Shown here one piece after another: positions 1 through 9,149 of a stretch of 64,000 bases of DNA. Position 1 is the first letter of the stretch. Each line of letters starts with the position of its first letter. The translations under genes were made by a program, and so were the position numbers. This DNA comes from a virus (lineage: Duplodnaviria > Caudoviricetes). The stretch is taken from the IMG/VR virus record IMGVR_UViG_3300024346_000004, one strand, 5' to 3'. The notes below the pieces were generated by a model, which was not told where the DNA came from, did not search any database, and was given only the letters and a program-made list of their open reading frames with translations.

Positions 1-89
1 GAAGCATCTCTCGTAGATGAAGATATAGTCCGACACTCCTTAGAAATGAGGAGGTAAGCTTAGGATAAAGAGCCTAAGTCTAACAGGAG
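1..89 (+). ncRNA. Group I intron, 3' portion (P8, J8/7-P7, P9, P9.1 and terminal G); 5' part lies outside the window
   Basis: P8 hairpin CATCT/AGATG (5-9/15-19); canonical S element AAGATATAGTCC (20-31); P9 stem CTCCTTA/TGAGGAG with GAAA tetraloop (36-53); further stem CTTAGG/CCTAAG (59-64/73-78); candidate terminal G at 86, 87 or 89. Confidence 0.87.
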
Positions 90-129
90 CATTAACGATT
101 ATTCAGTCAGCAGAATTTCTGTTGCTTGA
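90..129 (+). CDS. Terminal exon (INDYSVSRISVA*) of the intron-interrupted gene, probably major capsid protein C-terminus
   Basis: Short frame 91-129 between the intron 3' end and a strong terminator; peptide resembles capsid C-terminal strands as I recall them. An alternative frame ending at TGA 143-145 is not excluded. Confidence 0.5.
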
Positions 130-147
130 CGTTTTGTCATGGTGACT

Positions 148-186
148 ATAGTAGGGGAAGTTTTATACTTCCCCTACTATTTTTTT
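148..186 (+). terminator. Rho-independent terminator
   Basis: 14-bp perfect stem ATAGTAGGGGAAGT/ACTTCCCCTACTAT (148-161/167-180) followed by a T run. Confidence 0.9.
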
Positions 187-197
187 AAAATAACAAC

Positions 198-229
198 AAA
201 AAAGAGGAGAATAAATCTCCTCTTTTTTT
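198..229 (-). terminator. Rho-independent terminator (bidirectional shape) for the 1411-aa gene
   Basis: AAAAAAGAGGAGA-ataaa-TCTCCTCTTTTTT, about 20 nt past the minus-strand stop at 250. Confidence 0.85.
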
Positions 230-249
230 ATAACTTCTAACCTTATCTA

Positions 250-3200
250 CTAATAATCATCTTCAACATATTCATTATCATCTTCTGTATATTCATTATT
301 TCTATATTGTTCTAATAGTTCTCTTCGTCTATCATAATCAAACAATGCACTGTATCCATCATCACCATGATCGAATGAAGCGTTATGACTTTCTTTTTTA
401 GCTTTTTTGCTTCTATTATCAAGAATTAAGGCTTGATTTGATGAATCTGTTTCATATACTTCAAAATTAATTCTATGTTCATCATCAAAGTATTCCATAG
501 ATTTATATGGATTATATAAAGATGGAGTTTTTTTTGCTGTAGAATCCACTCTTAAGGTGTATGCATTATTATATGGTCCTTCACCACCTGTAACTTTTCT
601 TTCACCCATTTTAGAAGCTAGTTCGTGGATCATCTCTTTTAATAACTGTTTTCTGTTTTCGCTATGAAAGAAATCATTAGATCCTGTTTCAAAAGAGTCA
701 AAGCAGACATTACCAAAACTATCTTCCCATACATAGCTTTGCATATGAATTTTACCAGTCTTATCTTCTACAACAAAGAAGCAAGCTTGAGGAGAAACTT
801 GTCCATCTAGAGCAGAAGTAAAAGCTTCTCCTTCTGGGTGTTGACAGCAACTTGTATATTGACCTAAGAACATACCTCTGGTATCACTTCTAGGTAAAAA
901 TCTAGCTGTATATTTTCCTCTTGTTGAAGTGTTATCAATAGCCCAATCAGGCATAGGTACAGATTGACTATCTATAAATATTCTTTCTAGTACTTCATAT
1001 TTATGATGTGCAATAGCATTTTGCGATTCTTCATTTGCGTGTGTATGATCTCTTACGAAAGTATCAAAATGTTCTGCAAATTCAACAGCAAAATTAGTAT
1101 CTTTTGGTTCTAAATGGATCAATCTATTTGTAAAGTTATCATATTTAATAAACTTAACTAAATCAGCTGGAGAATATTGTTTTGATAATTCTGATACTAT
1201 TCCTGAGATATTAGTATTTGTTGTAGCGTCTATAAATGAAATATTTCTATTCCATCCTGCTAATATAGTCTTAATTAAATCTTTTGTAGTAGCTTGATAA
1301 TTCTTAAGAAAATATTCTTTAGCCCCTTTTAACCGGAGACTATTTTCTGGCACAATTTGAGCTAATTCGTTTATAGCACCATTAGCTTCGTTAGAATCTA
1401 GCTCAACAAATTTAGTTTTATTTTCAGGATCATCTTTTGTTCGTTCAGCGTTAAAATGTTTTACAGTTACATATTTGTTTAATCCTTTTTCACTTTCATT
1501 ACCAAAGAATTCTGTAATTTTTAATATATTTTTAATTTGTTCATTATTAATATTTCTAAAATTAATATTATTTGATAATTCTTGTTCTAATTTTTGATTA
1601 ATATCAAGAGGTTCTATATTATATTCTTTATTTAATACTTCATCTAGAACATCAAATAAATAATCATATTTATTATTTTTTGTTTGTTCTAATAGGAACA
1701 TTCTAACTTTATTTTTTTTATTTACATCATTTTGTAAGCTGGCAAAAAATCTAACTTCGGATTCATTTAATCCAAGAACACTTTTATAATTGTCTTGAAA
1801 TTCGATTGGATTTGAAAATTGTCTTGTATTCAATCCACCTGGAAGGGTGTTATTTCTTTCTTCTTCTGGAGTTTTTGTATACCAATTAATAAGCCAATTC
1901 GCTTGTTTTATTTGAGTGTCTAAATTATTAAATTGTCTATTTGCAACATTTAAGTTTTCTTGATTTTTATCATAGATATTTTTTAGAGAATCGTTTTTAT
2001 CATCTATTAAAAATCCATATTCTGTGGGTGAAATATTTTTAGAAAATTCAGGTAATGAAATATTATCTTTTTTATATATTCTTTCAATATATTTAATAAT
2101 AGCTACAGGAGTGTGGAAATTTGTAATGTTCGGATTTTTTACAAGCAGAGAAGAGACTAAATTATATTCTTCATTATCTGGGGTTAGATTAGGAAATTTT
2201 TGTTCAATAGCTTTTTTTGCATTTTCTATTTTTTCTAAATCTAAAACATGCAATAAATCATCGAAAGTATATTTTTTGCCATCTTTTTCTAAATTATTTA
2301 AATTATTATAGAAAGATTCAGCATCTTTAAAACCAAAGAACATTAATAAAGGAATGATATTTCTATTTAAAACTTTGATTTTATTTGTCTCAATAAGAAT
2401 TTTATTATTACTATTTTTATATCCTTGACCAATAAACTTTGCAAATCTTAAATCTAAACCAACTAAAGATAAATTGCCTAGAATATAATCATAACTGTAA
2501 TCATTATCAAAGAATACAAATCTATTCGCTGTTCTATTTACATCAATAGGGTGTTCAGTATTATTTGTATCTTCGTTAAATGATTCTAATAATTTAATTT
2601 TATCTTCTTTAGATAGATCGAAAACACAGTAGTTATTAATAATTGATTGTATGAATAAACCATAATTAGGAATACTGTAAATATTAGGAAAATATTCTTT
2701 TATTTTATTTATTTTTTCGTATCCACCTTCAGTACCATGAGATTTTATTAATCTGATTTCTTCTGGTGATAAATTCATTTGTTCAGGTTTTAATTCTCTG
2801 ATAATGAATTTCAAATAATCTGTCCCACTGTTATATATTGCTAGAGTATTATTAGTAAAATATTCTAGCACTACAGATGGGTTTATTCCGGATAAAGTTT
2901 TACAAATCTCATTATCTTTTATATATAATTTATTAAAAAATGAAAATATGCTTATATTATTATCAGCTAAATTTTGGATGAATTGTGCATAAAGTTCTGG
3001 ATTTCTTTTAAAATTATCATCAAGTTTTTTAACAGAAGAAATCAAAGTCATAGTTTTGCTGGCAGAATAAGGTGATATATCATTTTCATCTTCATAATTT
3101 GGAGTTATTAAGTCATTATCACTATTAATAAGATTGTTGTTTTTTAAAGTCAAATTTGCAATATTAAAATATGTATTGCTGTTTTGTATTTCTTCAAAAG

Positions 3201-4485
3201 ACACCCCGGAATCAAGAGCATATCCTATAGCATCAGCACCGAAACGATCATTATTATTGAAATTTAATTTTTTAATATGTGCTAATTTGAGTATATCAAC
3301 TACAGTCTGTGGTTTAAAAGTATCACATAACTTAACAGCTCTCTCTTTGTCAATTTCTAGCTTATCAATACCATAATCTTTTAACTCATCATAATAAGCT
3401 ACTAAAATTTCTTTTAATTTATCTCCTAATAAATTAAATCTTGAATTAATAACACTTTCTGCTTGTCTTATATCTTTATAATAAACGTTTGTATTAAATG
3501 TAAATTTGTCATCTGGTTGTAAGCTTACTATTTTAATAAAAGTATCAAACCCATTTTTCATAGCATATTGAAATCTACTTTTAAGTTCATCTATTTTATT
3601 TAAAGTGGATTCAATAGGAACTTTATAGATTTGTAATATTTGATCATTATTCATTACATCAAAAGATTGCAATAAACTACTACTTAAATTATTTCTAATG
3701 ATAAATGAAATTAATGATTGAACAGTAGCGGGATCTTGTTTATATTCCTCTTCAAAAACTTTCATATATTTATCATAGTCAGATTTTGCAGTTTCTCTAT
3801 CTTTAGATTCAACTTTTAAAGCCATATTAATACGGCTCATGACATAAATAGCTATTTTTTCTGGACTATTTAATTCTCTAGCAAAATATTCTAATCCTAA
3901 TAAAACACTTTTATTGTAATAATAAGCAAGTGCAAGCCCTAGTGCATAATTAAAATGAGTAAATTGGTGATAATATTCTTCTTGTTTTCTAGCATTATAA
4001 GGTTCTACTGAATGTTGAAGATATGTAAGAGCTTCAACTAATCCCTCTTCAACAGTATTTTTAGATTTCAAAATACTTAATAAAGAATTAGCTATACTTG
4101 TAACTTCTTTATCTTTTTCAGGCCCAAATGAAGATAAGTTTGATTTATGATGAAATATTTTTTCATCAAATTCTCCTAGACTATCGGATTTTAAGAATGG
4201 TAAACCTAAGTCATCATGTAATCTTTGTCTATTTAATACTTCTGGAATTTCGGCATCAGGATTAGGTTGCAAAGTATTTGGATCGTTAGATTTGATTGGA
4301 GGAACAATATCTTCATCTACTTCAATTTCTTCATCTTGTTCAGTTTGAGATGTGATTATTTTTGCATGGTAATTAGAAACTGTAGTAAGGTAAGAAGATA
4401 AAGAAAATTCACCTTTGTTATCTAATATTTCTGAGTATTTAATAAGCTTATCGAAAGTAGCTTTAGCTGATTTGATTCTTGACAT
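250..4485 (-). CDS. Large protein with C-terminal PcfJ-like domain; candidate head-packaged/ejected protein
   Basis: 1411-aa ORF with AGGT SD-like site; C-terminal motif MFLGQYTSCCQHP...FFVVED...QSYVW...CFDSFE; acidic tail; N-terminal LIKxSxxLDxxG motif. Confidence 0.6.
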   Translation of the reverse strand: MSRIKSAKATFDKLIKYSEILDNKGEFSLSSYLTTVSNYHAKIITSQTEQDEEIEVDEDIVPPIKSNDPNTLQPNPDAEIPEVLNRQRLHDDLGLPFLKSDSLGEFDEKIFHHKSNLSSFGPEKDKEVTSIANSLLSILKSKNTVEEGLVEALTYLQHSVEPYNARKQEEYYHQFTHFNYALGLALAYYYNKSVLLGLEYFARELNSPEKIAIYVMSRINMALKVESKDRETAKSDYDKYMKVFEEEYKQDPATVQSLISFIIRNNLSSSLLQSFDVMNNDQILQIYKVPIESTLNKIDELKSRFQYAMKNGFDTFIKIVSLQPDDKFTFNTNVYYKDIRQAESVINSRFNLLGDKLKEILVAYYDELKDYGIDKLEIDKERAVKLCDTFKPQTVVDILKLAHIKKLNFNNNDRFGADAIGYALDSGVSFEEIQNSNTYFNIANLTLKNNNLINSDNDLITPNYEDENDISPYSASKTMTLISSVKKLDDNFKRNPELYAQFIQNLADNNISIFSFFNKLYIKDNEICKTLSGINPSVVLEYFTNNTLAIYNSGTDYLKFIIRELKPEQMNLSPEEIRLIKSHGTEGGYEKINKIKEYFPNIYSIPNYGLFIQSIINNYCVFDLSKEDKIKLLESFNEDTNNTEHPIDVNRTANRFVFFDNDYSYDYILGNLSLVGLDLRFAKFIGQGYKNSNNKILIETNKIKVLNRNIIPLLMFFGFKDAESFYNNLNNLEKDGKKYTFDDLLHVLDLEKIENAKKAIEQKFPNLTPDNEEYNLVSSLLVKNPNITNFHTPVAIIKYIERIYKKDNISLPEFSKNISPTEYGFLIDDKNDSLKNIYDKNQENLNVANRQFNNLDTQIKQANWLINWYTKTPEEERNNTLPGGLNTRQFSNPIEFQDNYKSVLGLNESEVRFFASLQNDVNKKNKVRMFLLEQTKNNKYDYLFDVLDEVLNKEYNIEPLDINQKLEQELSNNINFRNINNEQIKNILKITEFFGNESEKGLNKYVTVKHFNAERTKDDPENKTKFVELDSNEANGAINELAQIVPENSLRLKGAKEYFLKNYQATTKDLIKTILAGWNRNISFIDATTNTNISGIVSELSKQYSPADLVKFIKYDNFTNRLIHLEPKDTNFAVEFAEHFDTFVRDHTHANEESQNAIAHHKYEVLERIFIDSQSVPMPDWAIDNTSTRGKYTARFLPRSDTRGMFLGQYTSCCQHPEGEAFTSALDGQVSPQACFFVVEDKTGKIHMQSYVWEDSFGNVCFDSFETGSNDFFHSENRKQLLKEMIHELASKMGERKVTGGEGPYNNAYTLRVDSTAKKTPSLYNPYKSMEYFDDEHRINFEVYETDSSNQALILDNRSKKAKKESHNASFDHGDDGYSALFDYDRRRELLEQYRNNEYTEDDNEYVEDDY

Positions 4486-4586
4486 TTATTAACCTGAAAA
4501 AGAGTTATAGTATATATATATTTCTACACATTACTATATCTTTCTTCTTTGTATGGATATTTGATAATTATATAGAATATTATTAT

Positions 4587-5048
4587 ATGACTCAGCAAGA
4601 AGCATATGGTGAATTTTATCCATTATTACAAAGCTCTGGAAAGATATATAACAAATCATCATTAGTTTATGTATATAGAGCTTTTGTAGGTGAATATATA
4701 GAAACATGGACAGCTGATGGATTAGAAACCACAAATTATGCTTGTGATGGTGATTTTGTAGTACAGAATATTCAAACATCATATCAGGAAAAATATATTG
4801 TTCCTGAAGATATGTTTTTTAAAAGGTACAAATTCTTTTATTATCATGAAAAAGGAGCTATATACATGCCAATTGGAAGTGTATTAGCAACAAAATATCA
4901 TGGAGAAGATTTATGTTTCGTAGCTAAGTGGGGTAGATTGATGTCCCTAAAAACAGGGGATATTATTGCTTCTCCTATGCCTGATTGTAAAGAAGTATAT
5001 AGAATAGCGTCTCAGGAATTTTATGAGTCGTATGGAGATTTATTGTAA
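4587..5048 (+). CDS. PGDYG-like domain protein (internally duplicated)
   Basis: Likely start ATG 4587 (MTQQEAY); two similar halves GDFVV...EKYIV...FFKRY and GDIIA...EVYRI...FYESY. Confidence 0.6.
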   Translation: MTQQEAYGEFYPLLQSSGKIYNKSSLVYVYRAFVGEYIETWTADGLETTNYACDGDFVVQNIQTSYQEKYIVPEDMFFKRYKFFYYHEKGAIYMPIGSVLATKYHGEDLCFVAKWGRLMSLKTGDIIASPMPDCKEVYRIASQEFYESYGDLL

Positions 5049-6145
5049 TGTGGTATAAGATCGCAAAATATGGATATATAGATGTTCAAAAATACATAGA
5101 AGATGGATTAGGGTATGAACTTAATTTCAAGGTGGATGAATATTTAAAATATATTATTGTTAATTCAGCCAATTCTGTCGGCAATAATATGGTAGTAAAT
5201 TTTGACAAATTAAATACCCAACTTCAAAATTCTCCATTCAATAGTTTTGTATCCGGATTTGCAGCGATAGATCCTAATGATGAAAGTGGGCTAGAGGGAG
5301 CTATAGGGTCTTATGAGCCGGAAACAAAAAATATGTTTATAATCCCTCAATTCCCAAAATTTATGATTCCTAAAATGGTTGATGTTTTATTACATGAATT
5401 TGCTCATGCTTTAGATCCTGGAATGAATAAAAGAAAACCAGATAAACCATACAGCAAACATAACATAATGAATATACTTCCTTATGTTATCAATAATATT
5501 AATCAATTCAAGCAATCTTCAGGAAGAATGTTATCAAAAGAGCAAATTTGGAGTGTTTTTATTGAAATAGCTGTCAAAGAAAAATTTGGAGCTAATTTGC
5601 CGGAATCTGTAAAAGCTCAATATAAAGAAGATGTTAATGATATTTTAAGTAAAGATAAAGATGCAATCACTGATAATATTCTTGCAATCTTGAGCAATAA
5701 TGTTGTTGATGAAAAAAGTGCGGATGATTTCGTACAAAAAGAATATCTTAATCAGAGAGTTGAAGCTCCAGCTCAATTATTATCATTACATAGAGAATCT
5801 ATGCCTTCAGTATTACTTAATTATTGTGCTACTTCTTTATTAGCATTTTTGATGCAAAGAAAGCCTAATTTATTACAAATTTTAGGAGTTACTTCTGAAA
5901 CAAATGCTGTAGAAGTATTACGTAAAATTAAAGAAAAGTCTCCTGGTTTCATTGACAGTAATATGAAACAAAAAATGATGAGTATAGTCAAAGAAGAATT
6001 GTTTACAAATATACAAAATTCAGATATTTTACAAATAAGTAAAGACTTTGTTTTAAAAACACGAAGAAAGCATGAAAAGAGACAAATTTATAAAATCCTA
6101 AATGATAACGTTACTGAATTCAAAAAACTTGTTGATGAACTTTAG
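5048..6145 (+). CDS. Zincin-like metallopeptidase (HEXXH)
   Basis: LLHEFAHALDP preceded by GSYEP strand; distal YLNQRVEAPA may supply a third Glu ligand; N-terminus MWYKIAK. Confidence 0.7.
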   Translation: MWYKIAKYGYIDVQKYIEDGLGYELNFKVDEYLKYIIVNSANSVGNNMVVNFDKLNTQLQNSPFNSFVSGFAAIDPNDESGLEGAIGSYEPETKNMFIIPQFPKFMIPKMVDVLLHEFAHALDPGMNKRKPDKPYSKHNIMNILPYVINNINQFKQSSGRMLSKEQIWSVFIEIAVKEKFGANLPESVKAQYKEDVNDILSKDKDAITDNILAILSNNVVDEKSADDFVQKEYLNQRVEAPAQLLSLHRESMPSVLLNYCATSLLAFLMQRKPNLLQILGVTSETNAVEVLRKIKEKSPGFIDSNMKQKMMSIVKEELFTNIQNSDILQISKDFVLKTRRKHEKRQIYKILNDNVTEFKKLVDEL

Positions 6146-6178
6146 ATTGTAACATAAATTTCTGTAAAATTAAATTTA

Positions 6179-6205
6179 AAGGTTCGATATAACTTTTAGA
6201 AGAAT
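6179..6205 (+). promoter_or_regulatory. Putative phage late promoter
   Basis: AGGT(6180-83)-N18-GAAT(6202-05) in the intergenic gap before 6236. Confidence 0.6.
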
Positions 6206-6235
6206 CAAATATTATAAATTGATTGAGGTATTTTA

Positions 6236-6574
6236 GTGAGAGATAGGGATTTTGATTTTTATCCCAAGATTAATAGGGGTGAATTTGCTGATCGTAAGAA
6301 AAGTAAATATAGTGTTGAAGATGACGATGATCTTAGAGATGCATTTGATGAAATTGTAGATGAGATTTCTGAAAAATTTCTAGGCATGTATGGAATCCAC
6401 AATGTTACAAAAAGTATTTCAAGTAATGCTGTATTTGTATATATTGACAATCCTTCTGATTTACCTGAAGATGAATTAAAAGAAATTAAGATTCTTTCAA
6501 GACCTCATAAATTAGTTGTCAAGCAATCAAAAAATAAAGAAAATACAGAACATTTAGATAAATTAATTAAATGA
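6236..6574 (+). CDS. Hypothetical protein
   Basis: 112 aa, GTG start with GAGGT SD. Confidence 0.75.
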   Translation: MRDRDFDFYPKINRGEFADRKKSKYSVEDDDDLRDAFDEIVDEISEKFLGMYGIHNVTKSISSNAVFVYIDNPSDLPEDELKEIKILSRPHKLVVKQSKNKENTEHLDKLIK

Positions 6575-6786
6575 AAAACGAACTTATAACCAGACTTATT
6601 AAAGTGTCAGCTCTTTTGGATGAAGAGGGTGAAGAAGATTTATCCACTCACTATTTAGATCAAGCTGAAGATATTATGAATGATCCTGATTCAGAAGGTG
6701 ATGAAGTATTACCAGAAGATACAGAAGAAATTTCAGCTGATGATTTTAAGTCAATGCTAGAAGAAATGGGTATAGAAGTTAACTAG
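6571..6786 (+). CDS. Small acidic protein with LIKxSxxLDxxG motif
   Basis: 71 aa, ATGA overlap with the upstream gene, strongly D/E-rich. Confidence 0.75.
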   Translation: MKNELITRLIKVSALLDEEGEEDLSTHYLDQAEDIMNDPDSEGDEVLPEDTEEISADDFKSMLEEMGIEVN

Positions 6787-7481
6787 ATTTTTGGCATACT
6801 AGACATGTATTGTTGTAGCATTTCATCAGATACATTACTTTGCTGTGGAATAGTCTGATTATCCATCATTTGTTGTGGAGCTAAACCAAAAGCATCAGAT
6901 CTAGCGGTCATAATTAATTGTAATCTTTCAAAATCGGATATTGACATTTTCTTAAATTCATCTCTTGTCATAGTCAATATCCCTTTTGTCATATAGTCCA
7001 CTTCTATAATTAAGGGCAGCACAGGATAACCGTCTTGTGTTTCGCCCTTAAAGTATTTAAGGGCAGATGTATATATAGAATTAGCTTCTTTAGCATCTAG
7101 AGTAATTCTTTTGTAATATTCAGACCAAAATGATTCAATGTATGGCTGAGAAATTTTAGATAATAAAGTCCCATAGATATCATTATATTCAATTCTATTT
7201 TCGCTAATTGAATAGATCCATTTTAAGACTTTTTTGATTAGTTCTCTTTTTTCATATTCGCCGTTAAAATAAATTTCATCATCATCTTTTCTAAACGATA
7301 ATGCTTCTATTCTTAAGGCTTCTTCCCAAGTTAAATCTTCACAGCAAAACAAGATTGAATTATCATTTAATTCAATCTTAATAATGTATTCGTCATCTTT
7401 TGCTTTTGGGGGAATAGAGTTTTCTTGATTATCGGAAGAAATTAACTGCAATAATCTTTCTAATGCTTCGTCTTTTGTCAT
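6783..7481 (-). CDS. Putative tail assembly chaperone (long form)
   Basis: Follows a tube-like gene; LTWEEALRIE...KRELIKK helical pattern plus C-terminal MTRDEFKKMSISDFERL segment. Confidence 0.45.
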   Translation of the reverse strand: MTKDEALERLLQLISSDNQENSIPPKAKDDEYIIKIELNDNSILFCCEDLTWEEALRIEALSFRKDDDEIYFNGEYEKRELIKKVLKWIYSISENRIEYNDIYGTLLSKISQPYIESFWSEYYKRITLDAKEANSIYTSALKYFKGETQDGYPVLPLIIEVDYMTKGILTMTRDEFKKMSISDFERLQLIMTARSDAFGLAPQQMMDNQTIPQQSNVSDEMLQQYMSSMPKI

Positions 7482-8749
7482 TTTACATCCTTGAATGGGA
7501 CAGCAAATTCACTTACTCTTGCATCTTTAGTTATATCAGATAAACCAGGATTAATTACACCACCATTAGCTAATCTTGCAACAAAATTAAATGTATGATA
7601 ATAACCGCTTTCAGAAGATATTTCGTGTGTAGGTTGTTGCCATTCGATATTATCCATAGGGAAGAAAAAACAACCACCAAAATATAGTGTTAATGCTCCA
7701 GAATTGCTTATATCTAATATTTCTTCTTCGCAAAAAAACGTAAAACTTCCACGTACAGTTCTACTTTTTAATGAAGCATATTTCGGACCGACATGATCGC
7801 CTAAATAGCTACCTGAAATATCTGTAGGATTTGTATATGTAAAATCGATTTCATTAGAAATTTCAAGATCCATCTTGACTAGTTTATATGTAGGAATTTT
7901 TTTAGTATTAAATCTATTTTTTACAGCTTTATATAAATTATCAACAGATGTATGAGCTTTAAAGTCAATCAAACAATCTATAATATTGCAGAATCTATAA
8001 GGTAAAAAATTTGTGGTAGGTTCTTGCGCTGATGTAGGACTTTGAGTATTTTCATCTATTTTAGGAACAAATGAGTAAACATTAGGCTTTGTTTTATCCA
8101 AAAATGGCTTGACTAAAAATTTACCACCAACAAAAGATGCTGTAAATACAACAGGTTGTAATTTACTGGATCCATCTACGGAAATAGTTATGCTGGACAA
8201 AAACGCAGGACCATACGATAAATGTGACTCTATACTAGTTGCAAGCATAATAGGATATAAAGGTACTACACAAGCGGAATATAATATCTTTTCTGATTCT
8301 AAAACTTCTGGTACACCTTTGTATGTTGCAGAGTTAGAAGATTCTATTGTTACTAAAGGACTATACTTAAAAGTCCCACTATACTTCTGTTCACCATATC
8401 TAGGCATATTAACTTGGCTAACAGATAAACCAGTTTGAACACCTGAAAATATTTGCGATCCTGTATTGTCTGAAAATGAAGAAACCCAAAATGGATGAAA
8501 ACTTTCTACAGCATCAAGATAATAATGTTTTGTAAAATCATCATATACAACAGGCAATAAGCTTCCAAACTTAAATAAATCCCATCTCCAAATATCTTTT
8601 TTTACTTTACTTGTGCGAATTTTAGATGTTTCAACACTAGCATATAAACTACTCCATATACTTTTATTAACTGCTGGAATACCTAATATATAAGCAGTGT
8701 TATTAGAAGCGCTAGAAGGGTTAAAAGTATTTGTTAAGTACGTAATCAT
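7478..8749 (-). CDS. Putative tail tube-like protein (paralogue 2)
   Basis: AFLSSITISVD...KMDLEISNEID...SRTVRGSFTF...LTLYFG strand pattern, colinear with the 452-aa protein. Confidence 0.55.
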   Translation of the reverse strand: MITYLTNTFNPSSASNNTAYILGIPAVNKSIWSSLYASVETSKIRTSKVKKDIWRWDLFKFGSLLPVVYDDFTKHYYLDAVESFHPFWVSSFSDNTGSQIFSGVQTGLSVSQVNMPRYGEQKYSGTFKYSPLVTIESSNSATYKGVPEVLESEKILYSACVVPLYPIMLATSIESHLSYGPAFLSSITISVDGSSKLQPVVFTASFVGGKFLVKPFLDKTKPNVYSFVPKIDENTQSPTSAQEPTTNFLPYRFCNIIDCLIDFKAHTSVDNLYKAVKNRFNTKKIPTYKLVKMDLEISNEIDFTYTNPTDISGSYLGDHVGPKYASLKSRTVRGSFTFFCEEEILDISNSGALTLYFGGCFFFPMDNIEWQQPTHEISSESGYYHTFNFVARLANGGVINPGLSDITKDARVSEFAVPFKDVK

Positions 8750-9147
8750 TTCGCCCCAGTAATTCTAACCCATTCTTTAGCTAATGCCTTAACTATCTCG
8801 TATCTCATCCTGCCCAATGTTTCTAGATTAATTGGAATTTGTCTATTAGTTTCTGAATCTTTTAAATTCCAGGATTTGAAGAAATTAAGGAGAATTAATT
8901 TACAGAATACAGAAATTCTCACCATTGGATTTCCTGTCACCGCATTAATAATAGTAGCTTCTTCTAAAATTTTAGACATTGTATCAAAATCTCTTCCAGT
9001 AACATCGCATACAATTTCCAAAACATCATCACCATCTTCATCAGGCTTTAAGATTTTGATAGAAGTAGCAATATCATCAATTTTCCCTGTGATTTTTAAT
9101 TTAACTGTAATAGGAAAGGTCTGATTAGGATCAATAAATATACTCAT
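8746..9147 (-). CDS. Putative tail assembly chaperone
   Basis: 133 aa after a tube-like gene; FKSWNLKD...QIPINLETLGRM motif typical of tail chaperones. Confidence 0.55.
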   Translation of the reverse strand: MSIFIDPNQTFPITVKLKITGKIDDIATSIKILKPDEDGDDVLEIVCDVTGRDFDTMSKILEEATIINAVTGNPMVRISVFCKLILLNFFKSWNLKDSETNRQIPINLETLGRMRYEIVKALAKEWVRITGAK

Positions 9148-9149
9148 GA

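Noticed and set aside
6146-6179. TGTAACATA and TTAAATTTAA matching pieces of the 20.7-20.9 kb repeats
   Set aside because: Matches of 9-10 bp made almost entirely of A/T are expected by chance at this composition.
8860-8866. -1 slippery heptamer T TTA AAA in the 133-aa chaperone-like gene
   Set aside because: In phase, but the -1 frame stops after about three more codons (AGA TTC AGA AAC TAA) and such heptamers are common in AT-rich DNA.
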